Below are positions 9,099-17,129 of a stretch of DNA of 44,888 bases, piece by piece. Source of the DNA: a virus; IMG/VR virus record IMGVR_UViG_3300035156_000094, positions 1-44,888 of that record, one strand, 5' to 3'. Numbering within the stretch: the first letter of the stretch is position 1; the number at the start of each line of letters is the position of its first letter. The notes under the pieces were generated by a model. The model was not told the origin of the DNA, searched no databases, and saw only the letters and a program-made list of their open reading frames with translations. A program made the translations under genes and the position numbers.

Positions 9099-10398
9099 CG
9101 ACAGGTTCCTTGGCTGGTGGTGCCGGCTTCGTGGCGGCGGGCTTGGGGAGCACCTCCCCATCCGGGTCGGGGTTCAGCTCGAAGTTTGCGCGGACCTCGT
9201 TCGGCCGCATCCAGGCGCCATTGTTGCCGAGCGCCTTCGAGAAGAAGTCGGCTTGATCCTTCAGCGAGCCGCGCAGCAGCGCGCCCTCGTTGAACTTGAC
9301 GTAAAGCTCGTCGGCGTCGTTCTCCGCCTCGGTAAGGCAGGACCGCTCGACGGCCTGTTCCCAGGCGACGAACCAGCCGAGCAGGCAGTAGGTGACGAAG
9401 AAGATCCCGAGCGTCTCGATGCCCGTGCCCCAGGCCGTCTCGTCCATCATCAGCAGCGGGCGAGGTACGTCGGTGAAGCGGGCAGTCTCTTCGATCTGGC
9501 GCTTGCGCGTCTCGTCGGTCTGACTGTCCTTCGCACTCGCGAACGGGTTGGCCGTCGCGCCATCTTCGAGCAGGAACCAGTCGCCCGCGTTCTCGGCGCC
9601 GGAATAATCCTCGTTCATGCTTGCCTTGAGGCGATCGTAAGCCTCGGGGCTCAGCTCGGTGCCGGCCGGCAGCTGGATGGCGCCGCCGGCCATGATGCCC
9701 TTGGCGAGCATCTTGCCGAGCGCCCGTTCGGCGGCGGATGCCAGCCCGAGGGTTTCGACTGCGACATCGAGCAGCGAGACGCCCTTGAGCCCGTCGACAC
9801 TGACCGGGTGGCGGAAGTGGAACACGTCCTTCGCGCGAAGCCACTGGTGATCACCGGACGGCGGCTGATATTTGAACGTGAGGTCGCCGGCCTCGGTGAT
9901 CTCCGGCGTGATGGTGCGGCGCTTGAACGGCAGCAGGGCAAGCACGGCCGGCTTGCCCTTCTTCACGCCCCAAACGACGCGCGCATAGGCGTTGCCGTCG
10001 AGCAGCGCGCAGAGCTGCATATGCGCCTTGAACTCAAGCGCGGTCTGATAGCCGTTCGGACGCTTATGAAGGACCCGGTAGAGCGGGTGATCCTTCGCTT
10101 TCTCCGTCGTGCCGTCCGACTTGCGCCGATGCAGGTGCATTGGCAGCATACCGACCGAAGTCGAGATCAGCTTCACGGCACGGAAGAAGCCGCTGTTGCG
10201 CAGCGCCAGCTTCTCGGTGACGGTGACGCCGGCCGCGGACGTGCGACCCGCGCCCAGAAACTCGCGCAGCACGGGGCTGTCGATGTCCATCGCGGTGAAG
10301 GCCTGAAGCGGCGCGGACGAACCGAGCCGTTGAGCCCCTGCTGCTGACGAGCGCCGGTATCCGGCAGCGCGCCGATAATCGTCGGGCGAGAGTGCCAT
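9091..10398 (-). CDS. Portal protein, HK97 family
   Basis: Large ORF directly after terL. Strong SD aggaggg lies 4 nt before ATG 10398, whereas the track start at 10413 is a TTG. It contains portal-like motifs (NSGFFRAVKLISTSVGMLP). Confidence 0.9.
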   Translation of the reverse strand: MALSPDDYRRAAGYRRSSAAGAQRLGSSAPLQAFTAMDIDSPVLREFLGAGRTSAAGVTVTEKLALRNSGFFRAVKLISTSVGMLPMHLHRRKSDGTTEKAKDHPLYRVLHKRPNGYQTALEFKAHMQLCALLDGNAYARVVWGVKKGKPAVLALLPFKRRTITPEITEAGDLTFKYQPPSGDHQWLRAKDVFHFRHPVSVDGLKGVSLLDVAVETLGLASAAERALGKMLAKGIMAGGAIQLPAGTELSPEAYDRLKASMNEDYSGAENAGDWFLLEDGATANPFASAKDSQTDETRKRQIEETARFTDVPRPLLMMDETAWGTGIETLGIFFVTYCLLGWFVAWEQAVERSCLTEAENDADELYVKFNEGALLRGSLKDQADFFSKALGNNGAWMRPNEVRANFELNPDPDGEVLPKPAATKPAPPAKEPVDE

Positions 10399-10409
10399 TC
10401 GCCCTCCTG

Positions 10410-12224
10410 TCAAAGCCTGCGGACGCCGCGAGCGGCATAGATCGACTGTTTCTTCGGCTTATCGTTCGCCGTGGCGGCGCCGATCGCCATGGTGACCGTC
10501 ACCATCCCGTCGATCCGGCCGCGCGAGCGCTTCTTGTCGAAGGCGCGGTTGCCTTGGCCGTCGAAGTCGAGCGCCGCATTTGCGGCGCAGCTGTACGTCA
10601 CCGGCGAAGCGTCGATAACGACGCGGCCTTCGAGGATACGGTCCTCGGTGCGCGTGATTGAGTGCGGCATGCAGAGCTGGCGGTCCTCGAAGACGATCCG
10701 CTTGCCCTGCGCGTGAGAGATGATCTTGAGCCCGCGGCCTTCCGGCTTGCCCGGCCCCTCGTACTGCCACACCGCCAGCCCGATCTGTTCGCAGGCCGCG
10801 ATGAAGTCGGCGATGAACGCCGGATCGACGACCAGCTCTTGCACGTCCTGCTCGGCCGACAGCTCGGCGACGCGCTGGGCGACGAAGGTTAGGTCGATCG
10901 TCGCGCCCGGCGTGGCGACGAGATACTTGTCCTCGACCCATTCGACATAGGGCGCGTGATCGGCCTCGGCGCGATCCTTCAGCCCGTCCTGCGTCGTCCA
11001 GTACCAGGTCTTAACCGCTAGTGGTTCCTCGCCCAGCTCTTCCCAAGCGGCGGACAGGGCGGTCAGATCGTTCTTCCGGCTAAGATCGAGGCTCAGCCAA
11101 CACCGGCGAACCCGCATCCGCTTCTCGTCAACGGCGCCCTGCACCGCCGCCCACTTGTCCTCGGGCAGCCAGAAGTCCGCCGCCGCGGTGTCGACGCCGA
11201 AGTATAGGCGCAGCACGCTCGACTTGGTCGACGGGCTCAGCAGCGCCGAGGCCACCGTTTCCCGGATATTCTCGATCGGGAAGGTCTCGCCCAGCGCGGG
11301 CAGCGACTTCTGCCAACACTTTTCGTTCTCGAAGACCGTCTCGCGATCGGCCTTGTCGATCCGCGCGATGAAGGCGAACGCGGTGTCATCCCGCGCCTCG
11401 CCCTTTGCGATCTGCTGATACATTGCCGAGTAGGCGGTGCCGACGTGCTGCGAAGTCGCCGGGGTATTCGTCCCCATGAGCATCAGCGCGTTGCCGGCCA
11501 CCTTGTCGATCCCGCGCTTCCACGTCTGAAGCACGTTCTCGTCGGTCAGCTCGTGGATCTCGTCGCCGGCCACGTAGTTTGGCCGCGGACCCGACAGGCT
11601 CTCGCCGCTCGCGATCGGTTGGAAGAACGACCCGCTATCCGGGTGCTCGATCTTCCATGCGTTTTCCAGCTCGCCTCGGATCACGACCTCGCCGCGAGCC
11701 TCTAGGCTGTCGCCGTCTTCGTGATCGGGGATCGTCGCCCGGCACATAGCCGCCGCATCGCGGAACAGGACGTTGGCGGTCTTCTTATCCTCGCCGATCG
11801 CGTAGCACTGCGCGCGCGCGATGTCGCACCAGCCCATGATGTAGACGCCGATCGCGCCCATGAGCGGCGACTTCGCCTGCCCCTTGCCGGTTTCGAGCCA
11901 GCCCGTGCGATAGCGCCAGCGGTTCGTCGCGGTGCGCCAGCCGAAGAGGCTGCCCATCGTGAACGTATGCCATTCGAGCGGGTAGAACGGGTCGCCGGCC
12001 GCGGGGCCGTCGGTGATCTGGAACACGGCCGGCAGGAACCCGAGCGCGTGCGCGGCTTCCTCGGGTCGCCAGAAGATCCCGCGCTTCTCGCCGTCGCGTA
12101 TATCGCGGAGGTGGCGCTCGGCGGCGTGCCGAACCAACTCGCCCGCGGTGAAGAGCTTGCCCTCGACTGCCGCCTGCGCCCAGGCGGTCGTCGGGTCGGG
12201 GGCTGCTAGGAACCTATTGGCCAA
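10410..12224 (-). CDS. terL: Terminase large subunit (Terminase_1-like)
   Basis: 604 aa with the typical N-terminus (AGELVRHAAERHLRDL-type), ATPase and nuclease regions. It sits between terS and portal. The start is a TTG overlapping terS. Confidence 0.9.
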   Translation of the reverse strand: MANRFLAAPDPTTAWAQAAVEGKLFTAGELVRHAAERHLRDIRDGEKRGIFWRPEEAAHALGFLPAVFQITDGPAAGDPFYPLEWHTFTMGSLFGWRTATNRWRYRTGWLETGKGQAKSPLMGAIGVYIMGWCDIARAQCYAIGEDKKTANVLFRDAAAMCRATIPDHEDGDSLEARGEVVIRGELENAWKIEHPDSGSFFQPIASGESLSGPRPNYVAGDEIHELTDENVLQTWKRGIDKVAGNALMLMGTNTPATSQHVGTAYSAMYQQIAKGEARDDTAFAFIARIDKADRETVFENEKCWQKSLPALGETFPIENIRETVASALLSPSTKSSVLRLYFGVDTAAADFWLPEDKWAAVQGAVDEKRMRVRRCWLSLDLSRKNDLTALSAAWEELGEEPLAVKTWYWTTQDGLKDRAEADHAPYVEWVEDKYLVATPGATIDLTFVAQRVAELSAEQDVQELVVDPAFIADFIAACEQIGLAVWQYEGPGKPEGRGLKIISHAQGKRIVFEDRQLCMPHSITRTEDRILEGRVVIDASPVTYSCAANAALDFDGQGNRAFDKKRSRGRIDGMVTVTMAIGAATANDKPKKQSIYAARGVRRL

Positions 12225-12645
12225 CGGGCTTCAGGTATGCGTCGGCACCAGTGCGCCGGGTGACCTTCTTCGCGATCTTGCCGCCACTGTTCCGCTCGCG
12301 CGGCGAGAGGCAAAGCTCTTTCTCGATTGAAGCCGCCGTTGCGGCGGCGTTCTGCATGGTGGTCCACCATGGGTTATAGGTCAGCACCTTCGTCCGAGGT
12401 GCCGGCACCACCGGCCCCAGCTTCAGCACGGCCTTCGCCGAGATGTCGAAGGTGACATAGGCGACGACAAGCCGCGCGATCGCGTGAGTGTTCACGACCG
12501 CCAGCTTCTCGGCGCCGCGCATCTCGCTGACGATCCGCTGCCAGTGCTCGGACGCGGCCTCGCGGTCAGCCTTGCGGCCGAAGTAGCGGGTCCAGGCGGG
12601 CTCCGGCGGGACGCCGTCACCGCCATCGATGACGTTGAGCGCCAT
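12214..12645 (-). CDS. terS: Terminase small subunit, P27 family
   Basis: 143 aa with strong SD gaggagg before ATG 12645. The P27-family pattern is present (EHWQRIVSEMRGAEKLAVVNTHAIARLVVAYV). Confidence 0.85.
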   Translation of the reverse strand: MALNVIDGGDGVPPEPAWTRYFGRKADREAASEHWQRIVSEMRGAEKLAVVNTHAIARLVVAYVTFDISAKAVLKLGPVVPAPRTKVLTYNPWWTTMQNAAATAASIEKELCLSPRERNSGGKIAKKVTRRTGADAYLKPVGQ

Positions 12646-12765
12646 GGCGCCTCCTCGGCGGGAAACCCTCCCCCCTCAAAAATTGATCTCGGTGCGCACG
12701 GATGACGGTGTCGGTCCTACTTGGCAGGCCCCTCAGACTTTGACCGGGGGGGGTGGGTCCGGTCA
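12646..12765 (-). other. Candidate cos / packaging initiation region
   Basis: This is the only sizeable non-coding gap in the packaging module, lying between an HNH-linked gene and terS. It contains an inverted repeat TGACCGG-N11-CCGGTCA (12741-12765), a G8 run (12746-12753) and a C-rich tract near 12665-12680. Confidence 0.3.
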
Positions 12766-13227
12766 GGTCGGCTTGCGCTCGACCGTCACGACGCCCTTGT
12801 GATGCTCGATTGGGTAGCTGCCCTGCCCCTCGCCCATGCGCAGGTAGGCCACGGCACCCGCATCGGTGCGGGCATAGGTCGACACGCGACCGGCATCGAT
12901 GTCGTAGGAGATGACATCGGCCACCTCGACGCCATCACGTTTGATGATCAGGCCATAGGCGAGCTGGACAGCGTCGCGGTGGTAGCCCTTGTGCAGCGAG
13001 GTGATCGATAGCGCCCGCGGGATGCCATCGGCTCCATATCGCAGCTCATGGTTCCCGTCGGTGTCGATCTCGACAGCGCAGCCGGCGACGAAGGCGGCGA
13101 AGCGCATGATGCGCGTTGCGAGCCAGAGGCGCGTGCCAGCGAGCTTGGCGAAGCGCACCCGCAGCGTGAACCCCCGCATGATGCGGGGCATGCTCACGTC
13201 GATCGTCCCTGCGTCGCGTGCCATCAT
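12763..13227 (-). CDS. Hypothetical protein (154 aa)
   Basis: ATG 13227 forms an ATGA overlap with the HNH stop. The upstream part of the 228-aa ORF lies out of frame inside the HNH gene. No motif recognised. Confidence 0.6.
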   Translation of the reverse strand: MMARDAGTIDVSMPRIMRGFTLRVRFAKLAGTRLWLATRIMRFAAFVAGCAVEIDTDGNHELRYGADGIPRALSITSLHKGYHRDAVQLAYGLIIKRDGVEVADVISYDIDAGRVSTYARTDAGAVAYLRMGEGQGSYPIEHHKGVVTVERKPT

Positions 13228-13547
13228 TGTCCCCTGTTCCATGGATGCGCTGGGCTGGTCGGGCGCCCCTTGGCGTCCACCCCTCGACCCTCGGCCCGCG
13301 CTTGGTGGCCCTTGTCCGCCAGCGTCTTCGCGTCGGAACAGTCTTGGCAGAGCAGCTGATAGTTGGACCGCTTGCCCGTGCCGCCCTGCGCCAGCGGCTT
13401 GATATGGTCGGCGATGGTGCCGAGCGTGGTGCGCCCATGTCGGTCGCACTCTTCGCAGGTGACCACGTTGCGGATCAGGTCGGCTCGGATCTTGTCGTGC
13501 TCTGCCCCATAGCCGCGCGATTGCCGGCTCGTCTTCGCCCAGGCCAT
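13224..13547 (-). CDS. HNH endonuclease (terminase-associated, HK97 gp74-like role)
   Basis: CEECDRHG...ADHIKPLAQGG...NYQLLCQDCSDAKT is an HNH motif with Cys pairs. It sits just upstream of the terminase genes. Confidence 0.85.
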   Translation of the reverse strand: MAWAKTSRQSRGYGAEHDKIRADLIRNVVTCEECDRHGRTTLGTIADHIKPLAQGGTGKRSNYQLLCQDCSDAKTLADKGHQARAEGRGVDAKGRPTSPAHPWNRGQ

Positions 13548-13723
13548 CAGCCCCGGCCGCGCACCACGATGCGCAGATCCATGGCCGTGCCCTCTACCTC
13601 ACCTATCAGCTGCTCGGTGGAGGCGATCGTGCGCGACTGCGTTCGGCCATACCGATCGGCTATGTCGTACAGGCGATCAGCGATACGCCGGATCTGATCG
13701 GCGGTGCTGGGCTGGTGGCGCAT
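13547..13723 (-). CDS. Small hypothetical protein (58 aa)
   Basis: ATG 13723 is preceded by gaggtg. Its stop shares 1 nt with the HNH start. The longer 101-aa version lacks an RBS. Confidence 0.4.
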   Translation of the reverse strand: MRHQPSTADQIRRIADRLYDIADRYGRTQSRTIASTEQLIGEVEGTAMDLRIVVRGRG

Positions 13724-13848
13724 CAGCACCTCGGCAGGATGACAGGGTTCTGACCATGCCGCAGGACAACGCCGGAAGCGGGTGCTTCCTGCGTGTGTGG
13801 GCGGAGCGCATGGCACGTAGGTCCAAGAACTGCTCGGCCACGGTCCGA

Positions 13849-14535
13849 TCATTCGGCTGGTGACACAGAGTCATCTATACTAACCGCGTCCAGCTGCCAA
13901 GCCTCGATCTTGATCTCTAGGGCGCCCCCGAACCGGATCATGAACGACTTGCCGTCACCGCTCCGCACCACCCCGGTCATTCCCGCGAACCCCGACGCCT
14001 TCGACACGGTGACGCTATCGCCCGGCTCGAACTCCCGCCGGACCTCGCGCAGCGCCTTCCGGCGTGCCTGCTCATTGCGCAGCAGCGCGACCCGAGCACG
14101 CTTTGCTTCCTCCGCGGTCTTCGCCTCGGCCTCCGCCTGGATCAGGGCGGCGTAGCGTGCCGCCGCGCCATCCTCTTCGTCTCGAAGGGCGCGCAGGCCC
14201 CGATCCCGCACGAACGCCGTGCGCTCGCCGATCCGCAGCACGCTGAAGGGCGGCAGCCCGTTGATCGGCTCGCCCCGGATCGCGAGCAGCTCGTTCAGCG
14301 CCGAGGCCGGCGCGAAGGCGAATGTCGGGACGATCGGCGCCGATAGCTCGATCGACTTCGGCAACGGCAGGATCTTGTGTCGATTGCCCGGCCGCTTCCG
14401 TCGCACGGTGGCAGTGGGCGTCCAGGCCGGGATGCCGCGGCTGTTCAACGCCGCCACCAGCTTCAGCGTCTGCGGTCCACCAGTGCGCAGGATGCACCAG
14501 CGCGACCCGGTTCGGATAGTCTCGTTGTCGTTCAT
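13849..14535 (-). CDS. NusG/RfaH-like transcription antitermination factor (NGN + KOW domains)
   Basis: The N-terminus WCILRTGGPQTLKLVAALNSRGIPAWTP...APIVPTFAFAP matches the NGN pattern. The C-terminus FEPGDSVTVSKASGFAGMTGVV is a KOW motif. Confidence 0.75.
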   Translation of the reverse strand: MNDNETIRTGSRWCILRTGGPQTLKLVAALNSRGIPAWTPTATVRRKRPGNRHKILPLPKSIELSAPIVPTFAFAPASALNELLAIRGEPINGLPPFSVLRIGERTAFVRDRGLRALRDEEDGAAARYAALIQAEAEAKTAEEAKRARVALLRNEQARRKALREVRREFEPGDSVTVSKASGFAGMTGVVRSGDGKSFMIRFGGALEIKIEAWQLDAVSIDDSVSPAE

Positions 14536-14840
14536 TGCTTATCCCCACCCGGATAGATGACTTGGATCGTGACCTGCTCGCCTCGCCTGCCCGATACCGG
14601 CCGCGGCACTCCCGGCGTCCGGCAGGGCGGGCAGCGGCGGCGCGGCGTGTTCCCGCCCGTTCCGGTCGTCTGATCGAACGGGGCTGCGCAGTCGGCGCAT
14701 GGCCCTCGCCACGTGATCAGGCTCGACAGCCCGCCGTCCCGGCGCTGGTAGGGCTGGACCGCTACCAGCTCGAAGACTTGGCCATCGACAGACATGCGCG
14801 TTCCCGGCAGCGGCGTGCCGAAGATCTGAAAACTGCTCAT
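14532..14840 (-). CDS. Zinc-ribbon hypothetical protein (102 aa)
   Basis: ATG 14840 follows gggaaagggaag. It has paired Cys motifs (CADC ... CPPC) and an ATGA overlap with the next gene. Confidence 0.55.
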   Translation of the reverse strand: MSSFQIFGTPLPGTRMSVDGQVFELVAVQPYQRRDGGLSSLITWRGPCADCAAPFDQTTGTGGNTPRRRCPPCRTPGVPRPVSGRRGEQVTIQVIYPGGDKQ

Positions 14841-14929
14841 TGCTTCCCTTTCCCCAAGGTCGCTTGACGGGGGCGGGGGTGAGGGGGTACGGCGCAAAGC
14901 GCCTTCCCCCCTACCCCTCCCGTCCGACC

Positions 14930-14961
14930 CCCCGCGCAGCAGTGCTGTTGGCGGGGTTTTT
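14930..14961 (+). terminator. Intrinsic-terminator-like hairpin plus T5 on the plus strand
   Basis: ccccgc(g)cagcag-tg-ctgttggcgggg is followed by ttttt (14957-14961). No credible plus-strand gene lies upstream. Confidence 0.35.
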
Positions 14962-15008
14962 GTGTCTGATTTCGGAACAGGATGCGAACACCTGAACGGA
15001 TCGGCCAA

Positions 15009-15202
15009 GTGTCGCAGGAAGTGTCGCAACACTGTCGCAGATCGATGCGACACTTTGCTCGACGCCCCCCAAAAAACGGCTGATTTCTGCGGGCTGGCGG
15101 GGTGTAGCGCGCGAGGTGCGACAGTTTGCGACACCGTGCGACACCGTGCGACACTGACCGTTCCTGAACGGAATTTGCGACACTATGCGACACTTGCGAC
15201 AG
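15009..15202 (+). repeat. Iteron array: 8 direct copies of TGCGACA(C/G) plus 3 inverted copies
   Basis: Direct copies start at 15046, 15117, 15127, 15137, 15147, 15176, 15186 and 15195, with 10-bp spacing inside clusters. Inverted GTGTCGCA/CTGTCGCA copies start at 15009, 15021 and 15032. CCTGAACGGA is repeated at 14991 and 15163. Confidence 0.85.
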
Positions 15203-15204
15203 CA

Positions 15205-15618
15205 TCAGCGCACCGCCCTGATCTGCCATAGCGGCTCGACCGACTCGGCCGGGCGGCGGTAGTGCGCGCGCCGCCGGTCACCGTCCGCGATGATCGCATA
15301 AGCCTCCGTCATTGAGACGACGCGCCCGCCGCGGATCGCCACCGCGACGCCGAAGGCGAACTCGCCGAACCCGAACACGTCCGCCAGCGTCCACCCGAGG
15401 CGCAGGGCCTCGTCGTGCCACGCCTGGGCAAAGGCCTCGGCATCGTCGATGATCTGCTGCCACCGGGCCGGGTCCGCGCCCCTGGGCGGGTTGGCGTCCG
15501 CCAGCCGTGCAAGCCCGATCGACCAGTCGCGCGGCAGCTCCGCCGTGACGATCGGCGCGGGCGGCTCGGCGACTGGTGAGAGGAAGCGGTCGGGGTCGAA
15601 GTCAGCGAGGCCGCTCAC
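15205..15618 (-). CDS. Hypothetical protein (137 aa)
   Basis: The GTG start forms a GTGA overlap with the DUF3987 gene stop. Composition looks coding. No motif recognised. Confidence 0.55.
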   Translation of the reverse strand: MSGLADFDPDRFLSPVAEPPAPIVTAELPRDWSIGLARLADANPPRGADPARWQQIIDDAEAFAQAWHDEALRLGWTLADVFGFGEFAFGVAVAIRGGRVVSMTEAYAIIADGDRRRAHYRRPAESVEPLWQIRAVR

Positions 15619-17129
15619 TCGGCATCCTCCGCGACTACCGTGTAGGCATCGCGCGAGTAAACGTCCTTACCGCCGATCGTCATCATGCCGCCGCCCGAGA
15701 TCGGGACTAGGTGGCCATGCTCGATCAGCACGTCGATCGCGCGCTTCAGCGTCGCCGCCGGCCGCAGGCTCGTCGGCACGACATTGAGGCTCAGCCACCG
15801 CTTGCCGACGACGGGAAGGCCCTTCTTCCGTATCCAGCCGATCAGCGCCTGGGCGTTGTCGTTATCGACATCGGTCGACCCCATGCCAATCATGCGCAGA
15901 GCCTCGGCGACGTAGAACTTCGCCAGCTTGATCCCGGCCGACAGCGCGCGGGCGCTGATCTCGGTGATCTTGGGGTCCTCGAAATAGGCCATCACCGCGG
16001 CAAGGCGGGCGGCGTGCTCCGGTAGCTTCGCAGCAAAGCCTGCGATGTTGTCGAAAGCTCCGTCCGGCTTCAGCTCGATCTCGACCGCGTCGTGCCACTG
16101 TATCCACAAGGCGCGGGCTTCGTCCGAGAACTTGACGACACGCGGCGAAAGCTCGCGCGTTTCCGGGTCCATCGGCATCGGATCGCAGAGCAGCTTGTAA
16201 ACTCGCCCCTGAAACTTCGTTAATTCGACATCGGAATTGACATCGGGATCATGCCACGGCCGGTCACCCTTGAGGGTGATCGGCTGACAAGGCAGCACGC
16301 GGGACAGCAGCCCCTGATCCTTCAGGTCAGGATCGCCGAACAGCTTCGCCGCGATCCGGTGCTGCACCATCAGGTGAAGCGACAGCCGCCGCCCGCGCAG
16401 AATTGTGATCACGTCACCGGCACGCACCCGCTTGATCGGCGCACCATCCCATAGCTTCGACAAGGCGGCGCCGGTCTGTCCGGCGTTCTCGGCGCTCATG
16501 GCGTGACCGCCCAGCCATTGCCCGCCCTCGTCCGAGAACAGCCCCAGCGACGGCATCGCATCGGCGAATAGCTTCTGAAGGCCGGCGAGCGTGCCCTCGT
16601 CGCTGATCAGCATCGGAAGCGGCGGCGGCAGCGGTTCCCGGCCGCAGGCTTCGATCTCGCGCTTGATCGCGAACCGATCCTTATTGCCGGTCGACGCCTT
16701 CTTCCGTGCCGCCGTGTACGCGGCGGAGTCGGCGGCATAGTCCGCGCTCTCCCGCTGCCATGCCTCATGCAGGTCGCGCTCGCGCTGCCGCACGGGATAA
16801 TTGGCGAGCTTGTCGGTCGAGGACTTGCGGTCACCCGACGCCGCCACCGTCACCACGAACAGCGAGGTCGGCACAACCTCCCGCGTCGGTAGCTCGATGT
16901 CGATGTACGGCTGCACCGCCAGCGCCGCGGTCGCGAGGACCGAGTTAGCCGCGATTGACGAGGGCAGCTGCACCTTGTCGACGATCGCGCGCGCCGCCGC
17001 CTGGATGCGCGGGCTTAGCGCTTCGAGCGGATAGACGCCGGGCTCGGCAACGGCCGGCTTGATCGGGATCGGCTGACCGGGGATGCGCTCGGCGTGGTCA
17101 TACTGATCGCTGAAACTGCCGCCGTTCAC
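15615..17129 (-). CDS. DUF3987-type (P4 alpha / YfjI-like) replicative helicase-like protein
   Basis: GTG 17129 overlaps the primase stop (GTGA). Sequence includes ...VTVAASGDRKSSTDKL...LISDEGTLAGLQKLF...LFSDEGGQWLGGHAM.... The N-terminal third of the 850-aa track ORF is out-of-frame overlap with the primase. Confidence 0.7.
   Translation of the reverse strand: MNGGSFSDQYDHAERIPGQPIPIKPAVAEPGVYPLEALSPRIQAAARAIVDKVQLPSSIAANSVLATAALAVQPYIDIELPTREVVPTSLFVVTVAASGDRKSSTDKLANYPVRQRERDLHEAWQRESADYAADSAAYTAARKKASTGNKDRFAIKREIEACGREPLPPPLPMLISDEGTLAGLQKLFADAMPSLGLFSDEGGQWLGGHAMSAENAGQTGAALSKLWDGAPIKRVRAGDVITILRGRRLSLHLMVQHRIAAKLFGDPDLKDQGLLSRVLPCQPITLKGDRPWHDPDVNSDVELTKFQGRVYKLLCDPMPMDPETRELSPRVVKFSDEARALWIQWHDAVEIELKPDGAFDNIAGFAAKLPEHAARLAAVMAYFEDPKITEISARALSAGIKLAKFYVAEALRMIGMGSTDVDNDNAQALIGWIRKKGLPVVGKRWLSLNVVPTSLRPAATLKRAIDVLIEHGHLVPISGGGMMTIGGKDVYSRDAYTVVAEDAE

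Noticed and set aside
13677-13874. 65-aa minus-strand ORF overlapping the NusG-like gene stop
   Set aside because: It overlaps two better-supported ORFs, has no RBS and is Arg-rich.
15009-15202. Possible CRISPR array because of many short direct repeats
   Set aside because: The repeats are only 8 nt with 2-3 nt between them, and some are inverted. There are no spacer-sized unique segments and no cas genes. They are better explained as iterons or operator sites.
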